A DNA stretch of 62,863 nt, counting the filler, from Catajapyx aquilonaris (taxonomy: Eukaryota), in the NCBI GenBank assembly GCA_000934665.2. It is 2 parts of 2 records of this genome, joined end to end, with 100 filler letters (N's around TTAATTAATTAA, not from the genome) between each part and the next. Parts side by side here need not be neighbours in the genome. Positions count along the whole stretch, not along the records: positions 31,418 to 62,863 come from JYFJ02004543.1; 1 more part is not named here. The stretch is one strand, 5' to 3'. This document shows, in pieces, positions 39,701-52,429 of the stretch (position 1 is the first letter of the stretch; each line of letters starts with the position of its first letter). The position numbers and the translations under genes are program-made. Below the pieces are notes generated by a model that worked only from the letters and a program-made list of their open reading frames with translations, made no database searches and was not told the origin of the DNA.

Positions 39701-41315
39701 ATGAGATCATACTATACAAGTATGTCCCTTAATACCTTAGCTCTCTTAGCATAATGGGGCAGGCAAATGCAGAGTGATTAAAATATACTTGTCTGACTAA
39801 TGTGGCTATTTCTTGGCACTAAGCAGCTTATTTTAACACTTTTGTATTGTTAATTTTAAGTGTTGTCAAAGGTATTAGCTACTGAGATTAGATTGTGTGG
39901 ACCCATTCTTTATAACTCCTGAAATAGGGTCGAGCATACACCAAGTAGTTTTTGTCATTGATGTGAGATTCCAATTGTTCCAATGGTCCATTCCTAATAG
40001 GAAATACTGTGCCGATTAGAGCTTGTATGGATGATTCAGTTTGGCCTATATTAGGGGTCAATACCTTTGATAGCCATTAAAAGTAATTGTTCAAAAATAA
40101 TATACTAAAATAAGCAGCTTAGTGCCAACAAATAGCCATATTAGTTGGGCCAGTATTTTGGATCACACTATCTTTTCCCTTATCTGACACAAAACATTTT
40201 TTTACATCTTTAATTATTGCACAGTTTCTTTGTGGCTTCATGGAAAATTTCTCTCGTTCGCTCTTTCAGAGTGTGTTTTATTCCATCGGTGCCCCAATCT
40301 CACCAGGGCTCAGATGGGGACCAGTGGGGTCACCGCTACATGCGAGTCCTCCTGTGGAGACATGCCTGCTTGCCAATGACAAATTCCCATGGTTGGCCTC
40401 TGGTGAACCAGTGCTCTTCAATTGGCAGCTTGGGGCCTGAACCTGGGAGCTGGATGGGTGGGGAACTGAGAGAAAGCTTCAGCACTGGTCAGAAGGTATC
40501 TGGAAAAAAGAACCCAGCCAGCCAATTCCACCTGGTAATATTAGAATTTACACATAAATTTTCCATAGCTAATTTTGTTCTAATATTTAATGTGAACTTG
40601 TTGGCAGAGAATTATGGGCTATTCACGCAGCCATTTTCTTTTCACAAGCAAGCTTTGTACTATGGCCGCCAAATGTATTGTCCGGAGGGGATGGGTACAT
40701 ACTGCCGCCCATCGGGAGCCGGCAGAAACTGACGTGCTGATGACGATCCCTGACGCTATTAGAGGCGCATCGGGATCCGAGACTGGGAGGGTGGGGGGAT
40801 GGGGAGAGCTTGCGAAGGAGGGAGACCAGATCAGAGGGGGGAGGTGTATGCGTCCGGATGGTTAAATGGGAAAGAGAAACAGATTATTTGGGCTTTGTTG
40901 GCTAATAAGCCTAAGGTCACGGGCATTTTTCAGACTCGAAATTTGTGCATCGTCATTACGATTTCACACAATCATCTGTGATGCTCGTTGGCCACGCTGT
41001 AAATGTGTCAGTTGTCAGGTCATTCTTTCATCGGTGCAGTATTCCATGCGATGACGATGCATGAATAATGATGATGATGATGATGATGATGATAATAATA
41101 ATTCACACTGCAAAACAATCCGATCAGATGTAGGTGTTCATTTTTGACTCGACAATAATTATTAACAACAATGAAAACCATGATCAGACCGTGGTCCAAC
41201 CGTGGTCTGATGGCGCTGGTCAAGTCCCGTGTGAATGACGTCATTGAGGTGGGCCATATCTCGGACATCATTGTTGAAGGAAGCAATAGTCTTCGGCACT
41301 CACTAGTTTTTCCCT

Positions 41316-41348
<33 letters not shown>

Positions 41349-41367
41349 GTCATCGTCATCGTCATCA

Positions 41368-41398
<31 letters not shown>

Positions 41399-44300
41399 TA
41401 CTTGGAATACTGCATTGATAAAAGAATGACCTGACAACTGACACATTTACAGCGCGGCCAATTGTGTGATTGTGTGAAATCGTAATGACGATGCACAAAT
41501 TTCGAGTCTGAAAAATGCCAGTGACATTGCGCTTATTAGCCGATGAAGCCCAAATAATCTGTCTCTCTCTCCCATTTAACCATCCGGACACATACGCCTC
41601 CCCCCTCTGATCTGGTCTTGGTCTCCCTCCTTCGCATGCTCTCCCCATCCCCCCACCCTCCCACCCTCGGATCCCGATGTGCCTCTAATAGCGGCAAGGA
41701 ATATCACGAGCACGTCAGTTTCTGCCGGCTGCCGATGGGCGGCAGTATATACCAATCACCACCAGACAATACATTTGGCGGCCATAGTACATTTTATATG
41801 AATTTTTATTTAACTCCTTGAGCCCCAGCTGCCTAGAATCTAGGCACTGAGAACTCGACCGCCAGGTACCAGCTATACCCGTCACTGCCTAGTTTTCCGC
41901 TTACTCGTGCGCTGAAGATACGAACAAGATATTTTACAAATAATAACAGCTCTACTTACCCGTTCAGGGAAAACGTTATGAATGTGTTGAAAACAATATT
42001 TACCTCCCATATAAGTCCCTAAATTAATTTCCAAAAATACCACTAAAAACTCGAAATTAGAGTACTGCTGGCCAACTGTTAGGCTGATTTAGTTATGAAA
42101 TATGTTAAAATATATGGAATAACAATTTTGAGAAGGATCCCAAATGGATTTGCTGAAATTGTCGTACTTTTCGAGAAACGAGTAAATTTGGGAGTAATCC
42201 AAAGTGACAGGCAAGTCGCAGGAAAGTATTAATTTATTTCTCGAAAAGTACAGCGTATTCAACAAAGTCTTCTGGCATGGTTCTCATTTCATATTTTACA
42301 GCAATCTTTTTGCAAATTAATTTACAGACTTATAGCCAAGGAAAATTATTTCCAATACATACGTTGTGTTGTGCATGAATGGATAAGTATAGCTGTTACT
42401 ATTTGTAAAATATCTTGCCCTTACCTTCAGAGTGCTTGTAAGTTGAACAGGAGGGAAAATCTAGGCGGAAATCTAAGCGGAAATATAGCGGGTATCCGGT
42501 GCAGCATAGATTAATAAGGTGGTTCAGATGCGCCATCCTTATGTAAAACTGCAAGCCTTTATTTATAACAGTGTTAAAGGCATGCAATCTGATGGCTCTG
42601 ACTGGAGCGGGGGCGATTGTGTCTCTGGCTGGCGGCATAACCTGAGCACTCGTTGGTCTGAATGGGTCAAACCGGGGCTAAAGGGTAGTTCTGAGAAGCG
42701 CTGTTGCCACGCCCGGTCCCCCCCAATGCTTTCTTGGACCTGGCAGGTGGCCCCCTAACTTATCTCCCCCTCTCCTCTGGCTTACGACCCTGAAGTGCGC
42801 CGGATACCTAAGTGATTTTTCAGAATCGTGTTCCAAGTTTGGACGAATCAGTGGTGCGGCGTTCTCTTCGCACCGCTGGTGCGGGCGTCTCGTAGGAGGT
42901 ACGGACCTGAAATTTTCACAGAATGGCGAGGAAGGGCCAATTGAACCCCCAACGGAGTTTAGATCCATTAAAATAAAAATTGCGAGATCTACAGGGGGAG
43001 GAGTTTTTGAAAAACGGCTCACGACATCTTGGCTCCTAATTCAAATTTGGAAAATATCTCTAAGTTGTGTGATGGCAAAAGTTGTCCTCTCTGACCCCTC
43101 CAAAGCGCGATTAATTTGGGCTATTGGTTTTTACACAGCTATTCAAACTGTTTCACCACCCCACCTCATAAAATCGGAGGGAGTACTTCCGAAGTAGAAC
43201 AGTTGATTCCCTGTTGCCCACGCGCTTTTTAAATTATTTCGCCCAAACCGGTTCCCTGGCAACCTGGACAGGAAACCAACTGTTCTACATTCGCAAGTTC
43301 TCCGCCAATTTTACAAGGTGAAGTGATGAAACCGTTTTAATAGCTGTGCAAAAACCAATAGCCCAAATTAATCGCACTTTGGAGGAGTAAGAGAGGACCA
43401 CTTTTGCCATCGCACAACTTCGAGATGTTTTCCAAATTCGAATCCAGAGCCAAGATGTCGTGAGCCATTTTTAAAAAACTTTCCCTTTTAGATCTTGCAA
43501 TTATATATTCCAATTGATCGAAACTCCGTCGGTGGCTCAATTGGCCCTTCCTCGCCATTCTGTGAAAATTTCAGGTCCGTACCTCCAGCGAGACGCCCGC
43601 ATCGGCGGTGCGAAGAGAACGCTGCACCCCGTGACTCTGCCAAACTTGGAACGCGATTCTGAAAAATCACTTAGGTATCTGGCGCCCTTAAGGCAACCCT
43701 TTCTGATCCGATCCCCCACAGCTCAGGGGGAGATAGATACCTTCCCTTAGCACAACCCAAAAGGCATTTTCTTTTCTCAAATCAGAAAGCTATTTTGTCA
43801 ACTCTAACTCTTCATAATGCATGTAACTTATTGTAAGGGGCATGCCCATGACATCAAATCATCTATGTGCAGCGGGCCAACACCAGCCTCACCACCAGGG
43901 GGCCGTACACATATTACGTCATCATCGAAGGGCGGGGGAGGGGGTTTGCTATCTGATGATCAAAGATGACAAGAGGGGGAGGCGGGTCCAAGTTGGGATG
44001 AATAAACCAACCAAAAACTGTGCGGGGGGTTGCCAAAATGATGACGAAATATGGGGGGTTGTCAAAAATGTGATGACGTAATATGTATACGGCCCCCTGA
44101 TGGTGAGGCTGGTCTTGGCCCACATCGATGATTCGATGTCATGGGCATGCCCCTTACAATAAGTTACATGCATAAGAAGAGTTAGAGTTGACAAAATAGC
44201 TCTCTGATTTGAGAAAAGAAAATGCCTTTTGGCTTGTGCGAAGGGAAGGTATCTATCTCCACCTGAGCTGTGGGGGATCGGATCAGAAAGGGTTGCCTTA

Positions 44301-47300
44301 ATTATCATAAGCCAGAGGAGAGGGGAAGATAAGGAAGAGGGCCACCTGCCAGGTCCAAGAAATCATTGGGGGGGACTGGGCATGGCAACACCCCTTCTCA
44401 GCACTACCCTTTAGCCCCTGTTTGACCCATTCTGACCAACGAGTGCTCAAGTTATCCCGCCAGCCGGAGACACAATCTCCCCTGCGCTGGTCAGCGCCAT
44501 CCAATGGCATGCCTTTAACATTAAATAAATGCTCGCGGTTTTACATAGGGATGGATCATCTGACAAGGGAGTGTAAGTCTTGTCCGTGGAGTTGCTGAAT
44601 GAAACTTGGCACAATAACATAGGCAGGTAAGTCATTAAACAAAATGCAAACAATTTAGGCGAATGCCCATAAGGTCAAAAGTTATGAACTCTCGAACTCA
44701 CAAGGGACACTTTCCAAGGTCTAACCGATTTTCTTGAAATTCGGTGCATTGGTAGCCCCCAAAAAGGGATCACCTGCTCATTTTGAGCAGGTCACTTTAG
44801 GTGCGTTTTTCAAAATCGGTGAGACCTTGGAAAGTGTCCCTTGTGAGTTCGAGAGGTCGTAACTTTTGACCTTGTGGGCATTCGCCTAAATTGTTTGCAT
44901 TTTGTTTAATAACTTACCTGCCTATATTATTGTGCCAAGTTTCACTCAGCAACTCCATGGACAACACTTACACTTCCCTTGTGAGCTACCTTATTAATCT
45001 AGGCTGTGCGGCTATCTTTTTGGAAAATAATTTACGGACTTCTATGGGAGGGGAATAATTGTTTTCAACACATTCCTAACGATTTCCTTGAATGGGTAAG
45101 TGCACTGTAATTCACGTACCGGCTCATGTACCTGCTCGGATGCGGTATTTTGTGATCATAAATACTGTCTGGGTACTGGCTGATGCCCTGACAATGTCCT
45201 GGCTGATGTCCTGGCTAGCAACCGGTACATATGTTGTAAACATCTGCAGGTGCGCTCGCATCTGCATAGGCAGAAAATTTGAATCCCCCCTCCCCAACCA
45301 CCCGAACCCCTTCCCCCATTTCTCACCACCACCATCCCTATCCCTTCTCTTATTGCTGCCCCCCACCTCCAATGTATACGTCATCAACGGTGACGTCAAG
45401 ACACCCCCACCCCTCCCCACCCTTGTTCTGACTTGCACCCAAAACCATATCGGCCTTGCACTCTTGCAGTTGTAGGTAGCACTCTGGCCCTTCACAATAT
45501 GCGCTGGCCACATGTCCAGGTGCAATTCTTGTGATTCCTATCAGTCACCGCACAAACATCGCATCCACTGTCCGTTGCTGCAGACTGAGCGACACTGAGG
45601 ACTTAACTGAACTGAACATGCAATATTCCGTATACTGGCTGTGATGCGACCGTTACCGTTAGAGGGGAAAACCCAGTGGGAGGGTGGGAGGGAGGGGGGG
45701 AGGAGGGGGGAAAAAAATCTTGCATCATATACGAAGTCTTTGCCGATGGGCCACTGAGGTTATTCAAGCAAAAAAAAAAAAAAAAGCGACTCGGAAATAA
45801 ATGGGCGGATCTTTTTCTTTTGACCCCCCCCCCCCCTAAATCCTGTTGACACGTGTTCTCAAGGTTCCTCAATATACCATCTCTGTACCATCGCGATACC
45901 ATCTGGAAGTGTGGACCATCTGTGTACTGGCTACAGCTAGGACGCAAGTCTCTGTACCGGTTGCGTCCTACCTATGTACTGGTTAAGGCCACATGTACTA
46001 TCTCGGAAGCAGGACATAGCTGGTACATGAATTACGGTGTAGAGCTGTTATTATTTGTAAAATATCTTTTTCGTATCTTCAGCATCCGAGTAAGCGGAAA
46101 ACTAGGCAGTGGCGGGTATAGCTGGTACCTGGCGGTCGAGTTCTCAGGGGTTAATTGTCAAAAGTTGTTTCTGCATCTTGCCTACAAAACAGAAATGGCT
46201 CTGTGAATGAACCTGAAATAGTGATGTAACAGTTATGATACCGTGTTAAAAAATTTTCAGTATTTGCCTCTGAGCATGTGTGTATGTGATTCATTTTTTC
46301 ATCAGGTTTATCCAACTTTTCGTAATGTAATGGGGAGTCTGGAAGGTCCTTTTGGAGGTTCCTGTCTACCCTATAATTCACAGACACATTCCAAGCAAGT
46401 ATGGCTAGATAAGCATTTGCAGTGAGTATTTTTCAATTTTATCCACATTTCTATTCAAGAGTGTACAGCGAAACTTGGTCTCATGCAACTCATTTCTTGC
46501 ATTCTAAAGCCCTTAACCTCTTCAGACCCGAGAAGAATTGAGTAACGCAATGACAGTTCCTATTGCATTTTCTGAACATTTTCCCAATAATAAACGAGAA
46601 AAAAATTTAAGTTTTAAAATATTGACGAAAATAGTAACAAACATCCAATGAGAACATTAGGACCCAATTGCTGCTACAAAAGCAGAACGGATGAAAGCTG
46701 AAAATTTAAATGCCACTTAATGGATCATTCATATAGTGCTCTATCTTGCAAACAATGTTTTTTTAAATGCATTTGTGGAATTCGTGGTAGCAATTCCGCT
46801 CAGAAGACAATTAAAGATAAAATATGAGATTAACTTTCAAGGCCAAAACTTCAGGTATGGGGATTGCTCCTTCTCTTCTTACCTCCTAGCATAGTACCTT
46901 GCTATTCTAGATTTTAAAACTGACCTGTAGTGCAAAGCACACTTCCTTGTGGGTGTATAGGTACAGGCAGGAGGCGACAGTATCAATCGTTGCCGCGATT
47001 TTTTTTTTTTTTTTAAACCTATGTAACCTATAGGATACTCCAGGTCCGAGGAGGTTAATTAGTTTATATTCATTCTCAATCCACAAGTTTGTAGCATATT
47101 GGGCATGTAGCTGTAGCCACAGCATCCCTTTTCAGTTCTGTCAACTGCTGAAGCAAGCATGTCACAATTTGTGGGTCATTTTCTCCCTTGGTCTGGGCCA
47201 GAAAAAGCACCTGTGACTGTGAAACTGGGGGATGTATTGCTTTCCACTGAACACTATCCTAGCATCTGATATGGCAGGCCACGCTAACTTCCAATTAACA

Positions 47301-48994
47301 TCATCGTTTTGTTTACCAGCTCCTAGTCATCGGAAATGTGTGGAACACACCCCTGGAACCTCCCACTTTTAAAGTTTCCATGGAGATGCCCTCATGCAAC
47401 AATTAAGGCTCCCACCGTTTCTTCCAATGGACGTTAAAATTGGGTAAAAATTGCGAAACAAATGCCTTAATTGTTGCATGAGGGCATCTCCGTGGAAACT
47501 TGAAAAGTGGGAGGTTCCAGTGCTGTGTTCCTCATATTTCCATCGACTAGGAATTGGTAAACTAAATGATGCAGTCAATTGGGAGTTAGTGAGGCCTGCC
47601 TATATCTTTCATAGCCAATGACTAACTATAGTATGACAAAGTAACTGCCGTAAAATAAGCAGCTTAGTGGACCCAAATTTTTAACTGAAATGGACAATTC
47701 AGTAATATTACCCTGTGTATATGTAACTTACTATCAATTACTATGCAAGTAAAGAGTTAAAGAAACTTATTACTATCGATCAGTTACTACCAAAGTCTGG
47801 TGCTTGCATAGGAGAAGCTAGTGTTGATGGTGTGAGTGTTCATTTTGGGGATGAGGAAGTGCTGCACATTTTATTGGCTTTTCTCTTTAATTGTTAAATA
47901 CACTACGGTATCGGAATTTATGAAACTGCATCTATTGCATTTGTTAGTTTGTGTACTAGTTTTGCTGTGTTTATAAATGTAATGTGGAATTCTCATTCCA
48001 CTGCTAGTTTTTTTTAAAATTGCTGGTAGTGCTTTCACCCTATCGAGTATATCGCACGGACCTTTATTGATCTTGATATACAATGTACATAACGAACCTT
48101 TGTACGAAACGCCCGGGTCCGCGGGCGTGTGGGGAAGGGGACGTTCCCAAGTGAGGGCGCTCATAATTAGTTTCTAGTCTTTTCTGACCCTCTTAAATAC
48201 CAGACCTTTTCTTCTCGCCCTGGGCAGAGAAAGGAGTGCAATTCTGCCCGGACATGTCGGGTGAAAAGCAGAAAAAGATCCCACCAAGCAGAGGTGACAG
48301 GGACGGGATTTGAACCCTGGACCTCCCGATTGGCTGGCCAGTAGCATAGCCACCAGACCACCATGCCCCCCTATTCCAATGCTAGTTACTGCTAACTTAG
48401 CAGTACTAAAATGTTGGGGATGGTTACTACTAAGTTAGCAGTTTACAACTAGCAGTGGGACGAAAATTCCACCCATAGATTTTAGTTTATTGCATTTATT
48501 TCAGACTGTTTGGAAAGGCAGACATGGACAACATTGTTTAATGTTTCTTTTTTTTCTTTTCTTTTTTGAGCTAGCCAGTGGGTCAGCAAGGAGCGTCATC
48601 GAAGCAGGGCTATGCCCCACATAAAGACTTACTGCAGGCTTTCTCCTGATTTGCAAAAGGCTTCATGGTTCCTGCTGACCAGTGCAAATTTGTCCAAAGC
48701 TGCATGGGGAAAGGAGGCAAAATCAGGGAGCAACCTTCTCATAATGTCATACGAAGCTGGTGTGCTCTTTCTGCCAAAGTTTGTGGTCAGTTTTCCTTGC
48801 TTCATTTTATGATGTGGCTTTTACAGGTTCTTATACAGGTTCTTATATAAGTTATTCTCTTTCAGACTGAAACAGATTATTTTGCACTTAACCACTCAGG
48901 GAGTCCTAATCCCAAGGAATTTCCATTCCCATATTCACTGCCACTCACAGGTTACTCGGACGATGACAAGCCCTGGTTCAGCAACATGCCGTGA
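33714..48994 (+). CDS. TDP1: Tyrosyl-DNA phosphodiesterase 1 (glaikit-like) with N-terminal PBZ zinc finger (~547 aa)
   Basis: Exons 33714-33735, 33938-34060, 34774-35070, 35146-35248, 36573-36695, 36767-36862, 36919-37077, 40270-40534, 46306-46421, 48575-48785 and 48866-48994 join in frame. PBZ motif [26 protein letters not shown]1 GHHHTKM...HTANL; SSIGSLG; HKN2 MPHIKTY...[24 protein letters not shown]. Confidence 0.95.
35701..36524. mobile_element. piggyBac-like non-autonomous element in TDP1 intron 4
   Basis: Perfect 15-bp TIR CCCTAATAAGACGGG, with TTAA on both sides. Confidence 0.85.
37279..37820 (+). mobile_element. pogo/Tc1-mariner-type deletion derivative (MITE)
   Basis: TIR CCGTATTTACTCGCATATAAGACGCA, TA TSD and repeated TATAAGACGCAC motifs. 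The internal peptide [10 protein letters not shown] resembles a pogo-type N-terminal HTH. Confidence 0.8.
38302..38419. repeat. Short inverted-repeat (MITE-like) element
   Basis: TAGTCTGGTGACCCTGGGTAAGCTTGCCC pairs imperfectly with GGGCAAGCTACCCTGGGTCACCAAACTA. Confidence 0.55.
39797..40145. repeat. Degenerate inverted-repeat element
   Basis: ACTAATGTGGCTATTTCTTGGCACTAAGCAGCTTATTTT pairs imperfectly with AAAATAAGCAGCTTAGTGCCAACAAATAGCCATATTAGT. Confidence 0.55.
40660..41787. mobile_element. Foldback-type element with several-hundred-bp inverted arms
   Basis: Ends CTATGGCCGCCAAATGTATTGTC / GACAATACATTTGGCGGCCATAG, TA flanks and arms pairing over ~350 bp. (GAT)n and (CAT)n(CGT)n microsatellites lie inside. 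Confidence 0.8.
41844..46150. mobile_element. Nested cluster of foldback/MITE elements in TDP1 intron 8
   Basis: Outer arms 41844-41955 / 46039-46150 (right end GGGG-TTAA). Inner arms ~41954-42040 / 45012-45101 and ~42510-42788 / 44305-44999. Internal palindromes at ~42790-43690, ~43690-44300 (TTAA-bounded), 43898-44099 and 44563-44981 (TGA-flanked). Confidence 0.8.
46517..47054. mobile_element. piggyBac-like MITE
   Basis: TTAA flanks and imperfect TIRs CCTCTTCAGACC / GGTCCGAGGAGG. Confidence 0.6.
47272..47603. repeat. Palindromic MITE-like element
   Basis: Arms of ~135 bp (GGCAGGCC...CATGCAACAATTAAGGC / GCCTTAATTGTTGCATG...GGCCTGCC). Confidence 0.7.
48010..48372 (-). mobile_element. tRNA-derived SINE inserted into a hairpin MITE
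   Basis: Minus strand has A-box TGGTCTGGTGG, B-box GGTTCAAATCC and an A-rich tail. Near-identical flanks ATTCCACTGCTAGTT / ATTCCAATGCTAGTT. Host MITE ends at ~47983 and 48476. Confidence 0.65.
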
Positions 48995-49129
48995 TGTAGG
49001 TTTTTTTAAAAAAAACCATACTGGTATGATGCATGACAGCAGTACAATAAATATATTGTGAATGGAAAGAACCCCTTTCAATATTTTTTTTTCTGTGAAC
49101 CACGAGAATTTGTAATGCAAATGTACATA

Positions 49130-49573
49130 CTGTATTACCCCGCAAATAGCGGCATGCCGGTGTAGGCGAGGTCGACCAGGTTTTAGAAATGCTCGATCAG
49201 GTGGTTATACCGGCATGCCGGTATAAGACGAGGTTTTCACTAGCTATTTTCACAACTATTGAGCAAGGCGAAGGGCTGAAAGCGTTGGCCTTGATCCTTT
49301 GTGTTGAGCCAGGGATTTCCCCTCTCAAAGCTGTCTGACGATGGGATTGGTCACACATGAGTTGCACATTGTCACAGCCCTTCACTCGCACATTTTTAGC
49401 CGGAACATTATTTTAGTATGCTACCAGAAGCATCGCAAAAAATTTGACACCTTGACTCAAAATTAAGGAAATCTACCTCGGATATTGCCGCATGCCGGCC
49501 ACCCCCGGTTTATACCGGCATGCTGGTCGACCTCGTTTTATACCGGCATGCCGCTATTTGAGGGGTAATACGG
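49130..49573. mobile_element. Tc1/pogo-type MITE
   Basis: TIRs CTGTATTACCCCGCAAATAGCGGCATGCCGG / CCGGCATGCCGCTATTTGAGGGGTAATACGG, TA flanks and repeated CCGGCATGCCG motifs. Confidence 0.8.
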
Positions 49574-49576
49574 TAA

Positions 49577-51366
49577 TATGAGGGCTATTTTTAAATGAAG
49601 TTCCGATGAGCTGTAAAATAAAAACAAGAGTGATGAAAAATATTTTAATACTCACGAAAGTGAGCATCATCCTTCTGCAACATCTCCACATCGTCACCTT
49701 CCCAATGAGTCACTCATCATAATGTGACTCCCCCTTTTCTAACCCTAATACAATCGACGGCTTCGACGCTCCCACCAAATGCTACGTTCACTCTGTAATT
49801 ATTAGGTTTCTCCAAGCTGAAGGACATATTGCAGCCAAAATTCATGGGAGATCTTGTCACGTGTATGGAGAAAAGTGCATGAGTGACATTTCTGAATCTG
49901 AATTTTCAAGGAGGACGAAATGATATTCATAATGAGGAAGGTCATGGGAGCAAGTCTGTGGCAACTGACAAGTTGTTGAAAAGTCAACAATGTTGTTTTA
50001 GGGCCCATCCGGTCACAATTTCTGACCTGTCTGGTGATTTTATCTTTAATTTTGCATTCAGAACTGGTGGAAGAACGGCATATCCCAACTGGAGTTCGTT
50101 TTGAGAAAAGTGGCTTTTTGTGTTTTGCTTTACCATGCAAGCTGCAGACAAAGGACAAGTCACAAAATGTATGGGCGAGTGGCCTTCCGTTCGATTTGCC
50201 AGAAAATTGGATATGTTGTAGCCCAGACCGTCGTGATCAATGTTAGATAGGGACATTTCGAGGTAGGACCTACAGGGAGCGTGCTATTGACCTCCGAAGA
50301 TCATATGGGATATGATCTGGTTTTTCGTTCGATTTGCCTGCAAATTGGATATGTTGCAGCCCTGACCATCCTGATCAATGTTGGATGGGACATTTCGAGG
50401 TAGGAACTACAGGGAGCATGCTAATTGCTATTCATCGAGGAGGCTACTCAATACCATAGAAGACTGCTGTGAGAGAAACCTTCCTTACATTGACCCAATG
50501 AATGTTGAAGTGCAGCTGGAGGAAACTCCAGATGACAACCTTCAAGGAGTGGAATTTGAACCAGATGAATAGGTAATAAAGATGAATAGATAATTTAATG
50601 CAATAACCATTGAGTTCCTGAGACTTATTGTAGTCTACTTCTCCCCCTATTACCTGCGGAGGTCATTCACAGGCTCCCTGTAGGTTCCACCTTAAGATGT
50701 CCCTATACAACATTGATCAGGACGGTCTGTGCTGTAACATATCCCATTTTCAGGCAAATCGAACAGAAAACCAGATCATATCCCATATGACCTTCGGAGG
50801 TCAATAGCATGCTCCCTGTAGGTCCTGCCTCAAAATGTCCCCATCTAACATTGAATAGGACGGTCTGGGCTACAACATATCCCATTTTCAGGCAAATCGA
50901 ACGGAAGGCCACTCGCCCATACATTTTGTGCCTTGTCCTTTTACAAGTGGAATATGTGAGCTTTGACATGTCCCAATTCATTTGGTACTTCAGCACATGA
51001 AAGGTAGATGGAAGGAGAGTACAACAGCACTACAAACTCAAAATTGGAGGTCAGTTGGGATATGCCACTCTTCCTCTGAGTGCCTCAATTGTCACAGGGA
51101 AGCTATGCTATCACAAGTGTTGTGTGTAGTGGGTTCAAGAACAATGAATAGCTGAAAAAATGTGAGATAGGTTGGCTCAGGAGCCAGGCGGTGACCTTCT
51201 ATGGGGCAGGCATACAAGAGATGGTGCTGCATTATGACAAGTGATTCAATCGGGATGGAGATTATGTGGAAAAATAGCATAAGAATGTAGCTAACTTTTG
51301 TAAGGATTTTTAAAAAAATTCATTGCTCTTGTTTTTCACTCAGAGCTCATCAGAACTGCCCTTGTA
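49577..51366 (+). mobile_element. Decayed mariner-like transposon interrupted by a foldback insertion
   Basis: Ends TATGAGGGC / GCCCTTGTA with degenerate TIRs. Remnant peptides FQGGRNDIHNEEGHGSKSVATD (~49900) and WLRSQAVTFYGAGIQEMVLHYDK*FNRDGDYVEK* (~51170-51277) resemble mariner transposase segments. Confidence 0.7.
50070..51077. mobile_element. Foldback element with modular (~120-bp sub-repeated) arms
   Basis: GGCATATCCCAACTG / CAGTTGGGATATGCC outer arms. Each arm carries two copies of a TTCGATTTGCC...GGACATTTCGAGGTAGG...CTACAGGGAGC module. Confidence 0.7.
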
Positions 51367-52429
51367 AAACTAAGTAAAACTAAGTTTTATGACAACATTT
51401 CTGTTATCAGAAAACCCTTGTGTGATATAATAAAATTGAATTTTTTAAAATATGTAAAATTGGCACGGAAGCCTTGATAAACTTTCACTTCAAATTTTCT
51501 AACAGTGGTAAATGATGACAAGGGTTATTAATCCCTGACAACACTTGTTCCATACATATAGATGTACAGTGGGTACTCCTTATCCACAGATTCCACATCC
51601 ATGGAGTCAGTCAAGTGCAGCTCAAAAATATTCTGGAAAAAAAGGAAATCTAGTATTATAAATGTCATGAATTCGTTATTGTCCGCCTGTTCTTCCAGTG
51701 CAGGAACTTATGTACAAAGAGTGCGTGCAATAATCACACCATCTGAAACTATCATAACCCACTTCCCCCTCCTTCAGCTCTCCTTCCCCAACTTCTTCCA
51801 AGCCTGTGGAGTGGTGAGAGGGGAGGATGGGTGGTGGGTTGGTGCATGGTGGGGGCTGGAGCTACGGGAAGTGGGGCAGGTATGATCATGGTCTTGTAAT
51901 ACTCAGGTCTGGACACTACCTCCCCTTTTGCATGAGCTTTGTTGCTCTCCTCCACACAGGTGGGGGTTCCGATTTGGCGTTGCTGTTGCTCCACAGTCCC
52001 CGAGGTGGTTTGGGCGGACGACTTTGCGAACGTGCACCTGATTCTGCTGCAGTGGAAAGAGTTGTCTGCCCAACTGCCTTGGGGACTGTGGAGCAACAGC
52101 AGTGCCAAATTGGAACCCCGACCTGAGTGGGGCAGAGCAACTAAGCTCACGGGGGTCTCCATAAGGCTGGGGTAGGAGTGTCAATAAGGGGCTGGGTGTG
52201 ACCAAGTGATTCTGTATATTGCCTTCCCACTGCCTATTGCCCTACATAAACCAGTTCTAGTGAACTTGTGATCATCTTTCCAGATCTTTACACAGGGTGT
52301 TTCGTAATGGTTCCAACTGACTTTTAGGGTTAACCCCTCTATGAGTCAGATTACACTATGGAACAAAATGTGACTTTTTTTTTGTCCATGGCAATTCATC
52401 GTCATATTCATGGTCCTTAGGTGACAAGT

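Noticed and set aside
41171..41648. Poly-His/Arg and poly-Asp ORFs
   Set aside because: These are microsatellites inside an intronic foldback element.
50185..50900. Regularly spaced repeats suggestive of a CRISPR array
   Set aside because: The context is eukaryotic. The units are ~120-bp modules in inverted arms, with no unique spacers and no cas genes.
51564..51645. Tigger/MER2-like terminal fragment
   Set aside because: The resemblance is from memory only, and no matching second TIR was found.
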